IMG/VR virus record: IMGVR_UViG_3300046168_000017
Coordinates: 1-59,609 of that record
DNA length: 59,609 nucleotides
Source: a virus
Taxonomy: Duplodnaviria; Caudoviricetes
Reading direction: 5' to 3' (one strand)
The notes under the pieces were generated by a model. It ran no database searches. It was not told the DNA's origin and saw only the letters and a list, made by a program, of their open reading frames with translations. Positions within the stretch are counted from its first letter, which is position 1; every line of letters begins with the position of its first letter. Both the position numbers and the translations under genes were made by a program. Positions 26,471-38,233 of the stretch are shown piece after piece.

Positions 26471-27271
26471 ATGGTAAACGTAAATACAGTATATACAACA
26501 GTCTTGTCTATTTTGAACAAAGAACAAAGAGGTTATGTTACGCCAGATGAGTTTAATAGGTTAGCTGCTCAGGTTCAATTAGAAATATTTGAATCTTACT
26601 TTCCTGACGGAACACAATTAAACCGTCAAAATCAAAACAATACACAAAACGATACAGAGTTTTTCAATATATTTAAAAACCAAGAAGAAAAACTTTATGA
26701 ATTTCAAAAAGAAATTAACTTTTCTTTAAATGCTCAAACACTATTGTGGTATCAAACCGCGGCAGTTAATTCAACAGATTATGTTGCTTCTATATATTGG
26801 ATGGGTGACATATTATCAACATATAATTCTTCTTTAGTAGGAAACACTGACCCTAGACCTTCTTCTTCAGGCGGTCAATTTGTTACTCAATTAGTAAGCA
26901 AGAGAGATTATAATAAAATTACAAGATCTAGACTTACTGCTCCTACGTATCAATTTCCTATAGCATTTGCTAACACATCAACAGTTGCAAATTTTGACAA
27001 TGTTGGTTTAACAATATTACCAACTCCAAACGCGGTTAATGTAAACTGCGTTGTTATGCCTAGAGTTCCTTCTTGGAGCTTTAACGTTGGACAAGCTGGT
27101 CAATATATTTTTAATCCAGGTAGCGCCGTAAATTTTCAGCTTCACATTTCTGAACAAACTAATATTATAATAGGAATATTGAAATATGCAGGTGTTATTA
27201 TAAACGACCCTACGATAATAGATGTAGCTGCTCAAGAAGCGGCTCAAGTACAAGCTAACGAAAAATCTTAA
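26471..27271 (+). CDS. Head-tail adaptor/tail ring protein
   Basis: 266 aa; VY..VL.ILNKEQRGY.TP.EFN..A..VQ N-terminus; position after the head genes. Confidence 0.6.
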   Translation: MVNVNTVYTTVLSILNKEQRGYVTPDEFNRLAAQVQLEIFESYFPDGTQLNRQNQNNTQNDTEFFNIFKNQEEKLYEFQKEINFSLNAQTLLWYQTAAVNSTDYVASIYWMGDILSTYNSSLVGNTDPRPSSSGGQFVTQLVSKRDYNKITRSRLTAPTYQFPIAFANTSTVANFDNVGLTILPTPNAVNVNCVVMPRVPSWSFNVGQAGQYIFNPGSAVNFQLHISEQTNIIIGILKYAGVIINDPTIIDVAAQEAAQVQANEKS

Positions 27272-27275
27272 ATAA

Positions 27276-28544
27276 ATGAGTTTAGTAACAGAAACAAATC
27301 AACAATACTACCAAGGCGCGCAGGGCTTTAGAGGTACCACACTAGCTGATGGCAGTTTACAAAGTACTTTTATAACTACTTTTGATACAGATTTAGTTTT
27401 TGGAGGCACAGACTCTAGTGGTGTAGAATCTTGGAATCCAGCTAGTATCAACTATGCTTTAAATAATTTTAAGATATACACGAGCACTGACGCTGTTCCA
27501 GGAAATTGGCAAGAATACATATTAGCTTATAGTGTTGTAGGTAATTCTATAACTTTTACAAATCCTCCAGCTGCAAATTTATATATAGTTGTTCAATTAA
27601 AAAGGCTAGATGGTGGTCAATACGCTAGCACTATAGCGGAAGAAGCATTAGGTGATGCAGTTGAAGAAAACTATGGGACTTATCAATATGTTAAATTATC
27701 TGATATTATAGACAATTACATGGTTGGTTACGTTGGTGATGGTAAAATAATACAACAAGCTAAAAAATCAGATGTATTGTTTTTTGCAAAAAGATCTTTG
27801 CAAGAATTTAGTTATGATACTTTAAAGAGTATTAAATCTCAAGAATTAACAATACCTGAAAGCTTACAATTGATAATGCCTCAAGACTATGTTAATTATG
27901 TATCTTTGTCTTGGATAGACAACTTAGGCGTGAAAAGACCTATATATCCAAATAATAATTTAACGACTAATCCTTATTCTAAATTACTACAAGACAATAA
28001 AGGAATACCTACGCAAGATAATTTTGGGGAAGACTTAGAAGGAACTTCATTAACAGTAGAAAGATGGAGAGATGCAAATGACAAACTAATAAACAATCAA
28101 GCTTATAATCAATTTTGGGACGATGCAGCTTACGGTTTGTATGCTGATGGTTTTTATGGATCTGGTCCTTGGAATTGGGGTAGACTATATGGTCTTGACC
28201 CACAAAAATCACAAGTAAACGGTTGGTTTGGAATAAATGAAAGAGATGGTATGTTTACTTTTTCTAGCAACTTAGTAGACAGACTTATAGTTTTAGAATA
28301 CATATCTGATGGCTTAGCTTATGATCTAGATACTAGAGTTCCAAAGCTTGCTGAAGAGGCGATGTACATGAGTATATCATATAATTTACTAGCTAATAGA
28401 GCCAATACATCAGAAGGCATAATAGCTAGATTTAAGAAAGATAGAAGAGCAGCTCTTCGAAACGCTAAGATAAGATTATCTAATATTAAACTTGAAGAAA
28501 TAGTACAAGTTATGAGAGGTAAATCTAAATGGTTAAAACACTAA
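27276..28544 (+). CDS. Tail ring/tubular protein
   Basis: 422 aa; MPQDYVNYV and VLEYISDGL motifs; position. Confidence 0.6.
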   Translation: MSLVTETNQQYYQGAQGFRGTTLADGSLQSTFITTFDTDLVFGGTDSSGVESWNPASINYALNNFKIYTSTDAVPGNWQEYILAYSVVGNSITFTNPPAANLYIVVQLKRLDGGQYASTIAEEALGDAVEENYGTYQYVKLSDIIDNYMVGYVGDGKIIQQAKKSDVLFFAKRSLQEFSYDTLKSIKSQELTIPESLQLIMPQDYVNYVSLSWIDNLGVKRPIYPNNNLTTNPYSKLLQDNKGIPTQDNFGEDLEGTSLTVERWRDANDKLINNQAYNQFWDDAAYGLYADGFYGSGPWNWGRLYGLDPQKSQVNGWFGINERDGMFTFSSNLVDRLIVLEYISDGLAYDLDTRVPKLAEEAMYMSISYNLLANRANTSEGIIARFKKDRRAALRNAKIRLSNIKLEEIVQVMRGKSKWLKH

Positions 28545-28550
28545 AATTTA

Positions 28551-31500
28551 ATGGCTAAAGTTCAAAATACTTTTTTAAAGTCCAAGATGAATAAAGACTT
28601 GGACGCTCGTATATTACCAGAAGGTGAGTACAGAGATGCTAGAAACGCACAAATAAGTAAGTCTGAAAGTTCTCAAGTTGGAAACTTAGAAAACACTTTA
28701 GGTAATCATTCTATACAAAATTATCAAACGTTAACTCAAAGCACAAACATAAAATGTATAGGACATTTTTCAGATGAAATAAACTCTACAGTTTATTTGT
28801 TTTTTACTGATTATATTGATTCTTTTCCAAACAGATTTATATATAATCCTCAAGCTAAAAACTTTATAATATCTACAAATGTTTTAACTAATCAGTCTAA
28901 TATATTAGTTCAAGGTGCTTTTTTAAATTTTTCTCAAACAAATATTATAACTGGAGTTAATATACTAGAAGATCTATTATTTTTTACTGATGATAGAAAT
29001 CAACCTAGAGTAATAAATACTTTATTAGCAAACCCAGATCCTACTAATATATTTCCTACTTATTATTCAACTGAAGATCAAATATCAGTAGCTAAATATA
29101 ACCCATATAGTTGCATGGAAATGTTTCAAAAAAGCACTTTAGATCCAGGCTCTTATGAAACTACTATGAAAGATGTTAGTAGTAAATTTTTACCTAACGG
29201 AGGCCAAGCTACAACTACTAGTAATCAAACAGGCGCTACTATAAATGTAGCTCTTAATATAATAGGTCAAGTTAATACAGCAACGTCTCCTTGGGGATCT
29301 GCAAATGTTTCATTGTTTGATTCATTTGATAACACCTTAATACCTACTGGAGCAACAGTAAACAGCATCACTTTAGATACAAGCACGTCACCAAACAGTT
29401 ATAACATTGCATTAGACACTAGTATAACAACTACTTCAACAAGAAACACATTGGTGTTTGAACCAAATCCGTATTTTAACGGAGCTTTTGGTGGAGATGC
29501 AGATTACTTAGAAAGTATATTTCCAAGGTTTAGCTATAGATTTAAATTTACGGACAATACATATTCTATATTTGCACCTTTTACTCAAATAGCATTCATA
29601 CCTAAGCAAGATGGTTATTTTATGTTTGCTGAAAATCCTGATCAAGAAAAAGACGATCAAAACGAAGCTTATAGAAGTACAATAGTTTATTTTGTAGAAA
29701 ACAAAGTAAACAATATTGGTTTAAGAATACCATTACCTTTTAATAACTATACTTTATCAAATGCTTTAAAAATAGAAGAGATAGATATACTGTATAAAGA
29801 ATCTGATGGCATTGCTGTTAGAGTTGTAGAAACTGTACCAATAGGCAGAGTTCAAAGTCAATCAGGTGTTTGTTTAACTAATGGTGCTCAAACACCAGGA
29901 GCTTCGGGTAATAATATAGCAATAGATAGTCTTCAAGGCGGCATAACAATAGGTGATCCAATAACAGGTCCAGGTATTAATGATGGAACTACAATTTTAA
30001 GTTTTACACCTACAGACCCTAGTAACGCTGTGTCTGGAAACATAACTGTAAGCTCAACTGTTCCTCAATTAGATGACAATGTTTTATTAACAATAGGTAG
30101 TCCAAACTTTTTTGTTTATGATTACACATCTACAAAACCTACAAAAACTTTACCTGAATCTAATTTAGTTAGAGTTTTTGATAAAATACCAGTAAGAGCT
30201 AAGGCTCAAGAAGTTACTGGTAATAGAGTTATATATGGTAATTTTTTAAATAAAATTGATCCACCTGCTTTTTTAAACTATAATGTAGCTTCTACTGTTA
30301 AACCCGAGTTTGCAATAAACGAAATAACAGCGGCTTACGCTGGAGCAGCGGCAACGTATACAGCTTTTGTAGATACTATAGCTATAAATGTATCAAAATC
30401 AGACTCACCATGGTACGTTGGGTATACTATAACTTCTAATACATACGGAGTTATAATTCCTCCAGGCACGCAAATAGCTAGCACAGATAGTAATACTACA
30501 GGTGCAGCTAATATAACTTTAACTGAAACAGTTACTTTTCCAGCAGGCACACCTATAAACGTTGTTTTAATAATGGAACCTGGAGCTGATACAGAAAACT
30601 CAGAATCTATTATAGAATACCCAAATCACTCTGTTAAAACAAATAGAAATTATCAAATTGGTTTTGTATTATCAGATAGATACGGAAGACAATCAAGCGT
30701 TATACTGTCTAATAATGAAACTAAAATAAAAGTTGCTGGAGTAGAATACTCAGGCTCTACTTTATTTTCTCCATATATAGATGAAAGTGTAAATACAACT
30801 TCTTGGCCAGGTAATTCTTTAAAAGTTTTAATGAATGAACCTATTAATGAAAATTTATATAATGGAGATGTAACAAGTGCGGATTATAATCCTTTAGGTT
30901 GGTATTCATATAAAATAGTCGTAAAGCAAACAGAACAGGAATATTACAATGTTTATCTTCCTGGTATTATGGCTTCTTATCCTGAGGATCGAACTCTTGA
31001 AATTGGTCAAACATCTCATATTGTTTTAATAAATGATAATATAAATAAAATTCCAAGAGATTTAACAGAGGTTGGTCCTGATCAAAAACAATTTAGAAGC
31101 TCTGTTCAATTATTTGGTAGAGTTCAAAACATAACAACAGCTACTACGCCTATTTCTGGAAACACTAACACACAGTATTATCCAGGAACTAATTCAGATA
31201 CTGTTTCAATAATTTCTACTGTTAATGATTTATTTGATTACAATCCTATAAACCCAAATCAACCAAATTATTTTCCTCAGTTTTATTCTTTAGATTCAAA
31301 TCCTTTAGTAGCTAGAATATCGACAGAAGCTCAAATAGGACAAATAGCAACAACTGGTCAAACATATAACTACATACCAGCTGCTGGTACTATAGTAAAC
31401 CCTCCTAACACACTGATGATGGTATCCTGGAAATCCTGTTGTTCCACTAGTACCAACAAATCAAATACTTATAACAAACGTAGCTAGCCAAGCACCTATT

Positions 31501-33933
31501 ACGCTAAATAGTCTTGTAAATTATTTAGTAACAGGTCAAGGCGTGCCAGAAGGAACGTATGTAAGTGGCAATAATGCAGCAGCCGCAGATGGTAGTGTAA
31601 ATAATATAACCTTAGTTAACAGCGCTAATGTTTCTGTTTTTGTAAATTTAACAGATGGAATAGAAGTGGTCTTTACACCGGCGTCAGCTACAACAGATTT
31701 ATTAACACCAGGTATTCAGTATTTAGCTGTTTACGAAACAGAAGCTGTAAAGAGTGCTATTGATATATTTTGGGAATCATCTTCAACTGGTTTAATAGGT
31801 GATCTTAACGCAGCTATACTAAACAATCAAGATCAACCTGCTGGGTCAAACATATCTTGGAATCCAAGTGAGTTTAATGAAGGTTTAGCCGCACAAGGCA
31901 GCATATTAAACGGTAACGGATTTAACATAGTAGATAATTTTGGACAAACAATAACTATAGATCCATCAACTGACACTGTAGAATTTGGAGCACCTAACAA
32001 TTTACCTGCAATAACAGATGGCTACGGAAATGACTGTAATGGATCTCCTTCTACAAGCACAACCGAAGTTAGAGATTATTTTAGACTAGTACCGCAATCA
32101 AGCACAGGTCCTTGGCAGGTTAGAACAACATCTCAAACAGATGGTTTAGCAGAAAGTGTAAATTATTTTGATAATATTTTTTACATGTATGATGATAACG
32201 AAGCTCTAAGGCAGTTTAATTTTAATTTTAAAATAACAGTAGGTGGTCAAGTTAATTACATAACAAATGTTCAAGCTAATCTTCAGAATGTAGCGCCTGA
32301 ATACTACAAAATAACAGCTAAAAATACTGTTAATGCTGGTGATGTAACATATGGTCCAGGTGGAACTCTTCCACTTCAAGAATTTATACCTGTAAGAACT
32401 AGAAAAAATGATGGAGATATCGCGATCATAAACTTTAGTAACGGTTCAGCTAACAAAAATGACTCGCTAAGTAGTGGAGCTTTATCTGTTAAAGATCTAC
32501 AAATAATTAATTCTTTTGGTGATAATTTTAGCGTTTATGATCAAAGAATAGGTAGTCCAAATGGACAACCAGCTGAGGTGTTATTTATGGGTGATACAGA
32601 ACCTATATTTGCTATTCAAGAAGAATCTAGTAGTAGTGAAGCAGGGACTCTGCAAGTAAAACTAATAAATCAATTTGCAAATAATGAACAAGCGAACGTG
32701 CCTGCCGCTCTTTATTTTGTAACAGTACTTATACAAGATGGTCAAACTACTGTTGAACAAAAGTTTGAAATTGATATGAGACTAGAGCTCAACAACAATA
32801 ATTTTTTAAATAAATTTCAAAGATCTAAAGACTTTGGTGCAGCCGATGTTCAAGGTCAATTTAACGCAGTACCGACCCCTGATTCGATTACTAAATATGG
32901 GCAATGTGGTACAAACGATTTTTATATTTACGGGGAAAGCAGTAAAGACTGGAAATCTCATAATATGACATTAATAAATATACCTTCAACAACACCGGGT
33001 ATAGGGAATGATGAAATTGGTTATTATATATATGCCGCTGGATTCTTTAAAAACCACAATCCAGTGTTATCACAAGGTTGCACGGAAGAATATTCTCCTA
33101 GCGTAGACTTAGTTACTTACGCTCAAAACGCTAATGAAGTTTTTAACAACACTATAACAATTCCATTTAATACTCCAAATATATGGGGTCACAAGGTTCA
33201 AAAACAAAAATCTTTTGTTACAAGTGAAAATTGGCAGCTACCGCCTTATTGTCATGGTAAAGGAAAAGTAGTTGGAACTAACATTAATGTTGATGGTATT
33301 ACATATAATTATGAAATAGAACCAGTTGGATCAGAAACAACTCAAAATGACATAAGCGCGTGTATGTTGTTTTTTAAAAATTCCTGGAATAATGGAACCG
33401 CTGACGCAGGAGAGCATGTTAGGCAAGGAAGAAAAGCTAATACAATAAATACAGGGGATGCTTCTAATAGAATCGCCGCAGCTGTTAATTTAAACAACGG
33501 AAACGTAGCTATTAAATTTTCACCAAATACTTATGATAATATCTCTTTACAATTAAATGATCACATATATACATATGGCGGTGGTTTTAATGAGACAACA
33601 AGTCCTTGGTTTTTTTCCCCAGGCATAGACTCTGATTCTGTAATGAAAGTGTGGGCGATGTGGATATACAGCGAATGGCTTCCACCGTATTGGGAAAATT
33701 CAGATAGAAATTTTTCAAGATGGTCTCCAGCGTGGGAGCCATATACTGGCCCTAACACAACGGGTGAACCCGTACCTAATTTTCCTTTAGTTATAGCTGC
33801 GTTTTCTCAAGAAGACTGGATGTCTCAGGTTAATTCTAGTTCTACACAAGAACAATGCGCTTCAGCTCCTATATATGTTAATCAAAACTACGAGGTTACA
33901 GAGGCTAACAACTATCTTTATTCAATACAGTAA
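28551..33933 (+). CDS. Large tail (stabilisation/nozzle-type) protein, about 1,790 aa, split by a frameshift near 31405-31425
   Basis: MNKDLD.R..P.GEYRDA.N N-terminus (28551..31487). The frame of 31543..33933 is open back to about 31420 (YPGNPVVPLVPTNQ...) while the upstream frame degenerates (LMMVSWKSCC). Confidence 0.65.
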
Positions 33934-33962
33934 TTTAAATATAAAACAAGTAATAATTAATT

Positions 33963-35909
33963 ATGGCAGGTGCAGTAATAGAAGTAAAATACTTTAATAC
34001 CTTTTTGCTTAAAAAAGTAAACGATTCATCAAATAAAGTTGTTTGGAACGGTTCTAGAGGTATCCCAAAAGATATTGGAGGTTATCCTGCTATAACTGGA
34101 TTAAACAATGACGATACTTGGGCTATTGAAGAATCAAGAATTAGAGGTGGGTATAATAATACTTCTGTTGATTTTGGAGCAAAAGCTTACTTAGTTGAAG
34201 ACGAACCTAACGGCACAAGAAGGTTTAATACTTTAATATACTCTGGAATATTTAATTCAAGAACAGGTATAAACAATACAAATGTTTTTTCTGTAGCAGA
34301 CGATATAACTAAATCAGCTGATCCAGCTAATGGTTCAATACAAAAACTATACGCTGAGGATACTAATTTAACTATATTTCAAGAGTTAAAATGCTCAAGA
34401 GCTTTAATAGATAAAGATGCTATATACTCTGCAGAAGGCGGTGGTGCTGTGACAGCTAGTAATTTAGTTATTGGTGTTATTCAACCAATAGCTGGAAAAT
34501 ATGGAATATCTAAAAATCCAGAAAGTTTTGCTGTTTATGGTAATAGAAAATATTTTTCTGATGAAAACAACAATGTAATACTTAGACTTGCTGGTGGTAT
34601 AGAAGAAATATCTTCTAATGGCATGAAAGACTTTTTTAGAGACGAGATAAATAAAATAAATTCAGCTGGAGCATTAGGCAATATAATTGGAGCCTATGAT
34701 ATATACGGAAGCGAATATGTTATATCTCTACAAACACCTTCTTCTTTAAGAACTGTTTCTTTTGATCCAACTCAGACTAATAATCCTGATTTATACAAGA
34801 CTTTAAACTTTGACGAAAGATCTAGAGGTTGGGTTAGCTTTTTTGACTACAAGCCAGATCAAATGTTTAGTTTAAGAAATAATTTTTATTCTGTTAAATC
34901 TACGCCAGGGCGTGGAACTGTTGCTAGTAGTGGAACCGGTTTTACTTTTGTTTTAAACAATGTAAGTGGATTTATACAACAACACTCTACTGTAACAGGT
35001 ACTGGTATTCCTGCTGGAACCACAGTAACTAGTTTTGTTTCTGCAACAAATACTGTGACCATCAGCATTGGAGCTACGCTGTCAGCTGGAACAATACTTA
35101 GATTTAGTAGCGTGCCACAGTTATGGAGACATTATGATAGTAGTGTTAATAGAAGTAATTTTTATGGTGTAGATTATCCAAGTACTATTACTTTTATTTT
35201 TAATCCAAACGCAACTAATTCTAAAAGTTTTAAAACAATAGGTTACGAAGGAAGTAATGGTTGGCAAGTTAATAGTTTTTCTTCTGATAGCACAGGTGCT
35301 AGACTAACAGCAGCTGGCGCTGGTTATAATTCTTCTGAAGATAGTACTAGTAGAAATGTTTCTGGTATTGGTGAAGTAACAACAGTAAGCTATAACGATG
35401 GAGAATATATTTTAACCGAAGGTCAAGGTTCTGTTGCTTTAAATACTACAACCACAAACGTAGTTTTAGAATTAAGCACTGTTAATGGATATATAAATGT
35501 TGGTGATATTGTTACTGGATCTTCTTTGCAATCGCAGAGAACAGTAGTTTCCTATAATAGCAACACAGGAGCTTTAGTATTAAATCAATTGACTACTTTA
35601 AGCGCTGGAGATATTTTGTATTTTAACGGTGTAGCTTATAGAAATAATTACTTATCTGTATTTGGTACTGTAAACCCTCCATTTCCAAAACATTATTCAG
35701 GTTTTAATTTAAAAGAGAATAAATACGTTGCTAATTTACTTAACTTTTCTAGTCCTAATAATAAAGAAATTTTATATGGTCAATCTATTAGCGGTGTAAA
35801 AGGTTTCTATGCAACAGTAAAAATGTCTACAGATTTAACTACTGATTTTGGAGGTGAAAAAACATTATTTTCTGTTGAGAGTGCATACGACATGAATAAC
35901 GGATATTAA
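33963..35909 (+). CDS. Tail structural protein (C-terminal nozzle-like partner)
   Basis: 648 aa; EESRIRGGYN, YGISKNPESFA and GWVSF motifs; VTGTGIPAGT beta modules. Confidence 0.65.
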   Translation: MAGAVIEVKYFNTFLLKKVNDSSNKVVWNGSRGIPKDIGGYPAITGLNNDDTWAIEESRIRGGYNNTSVDFGAKAYLVEDEPNGTRRFNTLIYSGIFNSRTGINNTNVFSVADDITKSADPANGSIQKLYAEDTNLTIFQELKCSRALIDKDAIYSAEGGGAVTASNLVIGVIQPIAGKYGISKNPESFAVYGNRKYFSDENNNVILRLAGGIEEISSNGMKDFFRDEINKINSAGALGNIIGAYDIYGSEYVISLQTPSSLRTVSFDPTQTNNPDLYKTLNFDERSRGWVSFFDYKPDQMFSLRNNFYSVKSTPGRGTVASSGTGFTFVLNNVSGFIQQHSTVTGTGIPAGTTVTSFVSATNTVTISIGATLSAGTILRFSSVPQLWRHYDSSVNRSNFYGVDYPSTITFIFNPNATNSKSFKTIGYEGSNGWQVNSFSSDSTGARLTAAGAGYNSSEDSTSRNVSGIGEVTTVSYNDGEYILTEGQGSVALNTTTTNVVLELSTVNGYINVGDIVTGSSLQSQRTVVSYNSNTGALVLNQLTTLSAGDILYFNGVAYRNNYLSVFGTVNPPFPKHYSGFNLKENKYVANLLNFSSPNNKEILYGQSISGVKGFYATVKMSTDLTTDFGGEKTLFSVESAYDMNNGY

Positions 35910-35919
35910 ATTAAATTAA

Positions 35920-36441
35920 ATGAGCAATACCTTAATAAAACAAGAGCAAACATTAGAACAGATAAAACATATAGAGCGTTTTAGAGAGTTAATAATGGAC
36001 TTTGAAGATAAACTATTAGATTTACCAGACTCTTATGGTGATCCTGAAAAGCCGGGTCAAGATAAAATGGCTAATACAATAAATCCACTTAAGCATACGT
36101 TTGCAGACGGACTATATATTAGAGAGATATTTATGCCTAAAGGTCAAATAATCTCTACTGGTATACACAAAAAAGAGCACCCGTATTTTGTTTTAAAAGG
36201 CGATATATCTGTATTAACAGATAAAGGTATTAAACGCATAAAAGCACCTTTCAACGGAATAACAAAACCAGGAACAAAAAGATTGATATACATGCATGAA
36301 GACAGTATTTGGATAACTGTACATGCTACAGATAAGTCTACGCCTGAAGATGTATTAAATGAAGTCGTAGCTAAAGACTTTGATGATCCAGACATTAGCA
36401 TTGAAAGCATGATAAAAAAATTAAAATTAAAAAATAAATAA
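35920..36441 (+). CDS. Cupin-fold protein
   Basis: HTFADGLYIRE..MPKG....G.IHKKEH...VLKG...PGTKR.....EDSIWITVH. Confidence 0.7.
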   Translation: MSNTLIKQEQTLEQIKHIERFRELIMDFEDKLLDLPDSYGDPEKPGQDKMANTINPLKHTFADGLYIREIFMPKGQIISTGIHKKEHPYFVLKGDISVLTDKGIKRIKAPFNGITKPGTKRLIYMHEDSIWITVHATDKSTPEDVLNEVVAKDFDDPDISIESMIKKLKLKNK

Positions 36442-36442
36442 T

Positions 36443-37111
36443 ATGACTGTAGTAGCAGCCGGCGTTGGCGCGGCAGTAAGTATCGGAGGCGGTATTTTCG
36501 GCTCAAGTGCGGCTCGAAGAGCAGCTCGTAGAGCTAGAAGAAAAGCTAGAAAATTAGAAAAAAAATTATCTCAGCTAGAAGCAAATCGCCAAGAAATTAT
36601 AAATCCCTATGAAGGAGTTACGAGTTTAAGCGCTATGCTTAGTAATCCATTTGAAAAATTAACTGTAGCCACTAAAGCTACTGAAATGCAAATGGAGCAA
36701 ACTGATATTGCTTTAGCTAATACTTTAGACACTTTAAGAGCCACTGGAGCTTCCGCTGGGGGAGCAACAGCATTAGCACAAGCTGCTCTTCAAAGCAAAA
36801 AAGGTATTGCAGCTGATATAGAAAGACAAGAGTCTAGTAACAACCAGCAGCGATTATCTGGAGAGCAAAGACTTCAAGCTCAAAAAATGGCTGAAGAGCA
36901 AAGAATGCAGCAGGCGGATGTTGCTGGAAAACAGTTTGTGTTTTCAAACACAGAAAGAAGAGAACAACAACAGCTTGACAGGGTTTCTAATCAAATATCT
37001 GCGCTAAGAGGTCAAGCAGCTGCAGCTCAAAGAGATTCAACAGCAGCCATAACAGGAGCAATAGGTTCTGTCGCTGGTATAGCTGGAGGTTTAGGCGGTA
37101 AACTAGGTTAG
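36443..37111 (+). CDS. Internal virion/ejection (pilot-type) protein
   Basis: Gly/Ala-rich hydrophobic N- and C-termini flanking a Q-rich coiled coil. Confidence 0.65.
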   Translation: MTVVAAGVGAAVSIGGGIFGSSAARRAARRARRKARKLEKKLSQLEANRQEIINPYEGVTSLSAMLSNPFEKLTVATKATEMQMEQTDIALANTLDTLRATGASAGGATALAQAALQSKKGIAADIERQESSNNQQRLSGEQRLQAQKMAEEQRMQQADVAGKQFVFSNTERREQQQLDRVSNQISALRGQAAAAQRDSTAAITGAIGSVAGIAGGLGGKLG

Positions 37112-37127
37112 TAAATAAAAACATAAA

Positions 37128-38228
37128 ATGGAAAACAAAAACACGTTATATAATCTTTCTTTAAAACAAACTAATAAAAGTAATGCTTTAGCTTATGATA
37201 AAAACTATGTGGCTTCAAACATTGACACTACGTTTGGTATATTAGACGGAGCTTATGCTAACACAGGTGTTGCATACGCTAAATTTAAAATGGCTGTAGA
37301 TTCAGGTAAATGTGTTAGTGAAAACTGTGATTATGAACATAAGCAACTTAAAATTCTAGAAGCAGCTCCTAAAAAATCTCTACAGTTTATACAAACACTT
37401 GTTGATCAACTAGCTACGACCGACGATACATATTATGATGTTAATAATAACTATGTTTATTTAGTAGCTAATTCTATAATGACAAACAAACCTGGTTTTT
37501 CTAAAACAGAGGGATACAATGTTTATTTAAATCTAATTGACGATGGCTCTCAAAGTATAACTTTTGAAGGTCCTCTTTTTCCAACTCCGCTAGTTATAAA
37601 TAGTAACACTTTATTAGCTTTAATAGGCGCAGGTACAGATCTTGTAGCAACAACTCCAGACATAAATAAAGACATGTTGAAATTGTTAACAGACGTCGGT
37701 GTTATGGCGGAAGGAGCAGCAGATGAAGAAGGTAACTTACTACCTGGAGCTACAATAGATGATGAGTTTGTATTGAAAAATTCTGATGGTTCTTATGATT
37801 ATGAAATAATAGATATAGGAATGGGTAAAGGTAGAAACATACTTAAGTTTGATTTAGATAAAATTAAGAAAAAAGTAAAACCTTTTATAAACGCTGAGGT
37901 TGCTGGTCTATTACAGCAAGAACAAGAAGTTGTAGCTGCATGGAATGTGTTTATATCTAAAGGTTCTAGTGTTGAAGAAGATGATCAGATGGCTCAGAAC
38001 GCTAACGCTGGATCTACTTCTTGGTCTTACGAAAAGCATTTGCCATTAGACCAAAAAAGAAAACAATTATTTGAAGAAAAATACACAGAATATTTTATGA
38101 ATAATTATTTAAAACAATTTATAACTCAAAAATTACCAACAGTAGAGCAAGATGCTGCTGTGTTTGATTTAGAACAAGCAAAACAAGCTAAGTCTGATAA
38201 GTTTCTACAAGATAACAAATTAAATTAA
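37128..38228 (+). CDS. Putative ejection/internal virion protein
   Basis: 366 aa, between the pilot-like gene and the giant gene. Confidence 0.5.
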   Translation: MENKNTLYNLSLKQTNKSNALAYDKNYVASNIDTTFGILDGAYANTGVAYAKFKMAVDSGKCVSENCDYEHKQLKILEAAPKKSLQFIQTLVDQLATTDDTYYDVNNNYVYLVANSIMTNKPGFSKTEGYNVYLNLIDDGSQSITFEGPLFPTPLVINSNTLLALIGAGTDLVATTPDINKDMLKLLTDVGVMAEGAADEEGNLLPGATIDDEFVLKNSDGSYDYEIIDIGMGKGRNILKFDLDKIKKKVKPFINAEVAGLLQQEQEVVAAWNVFISKGSSVEEDDQMAQNANAGSTSWSYEKHLPLDQKRKQLFEEKYTEYFMNNYLKQFITQKLPTVEQDAAVFDLEQAKQAKSDKFLQDNKLN

Positions 38229-38233
38229 TTCAA

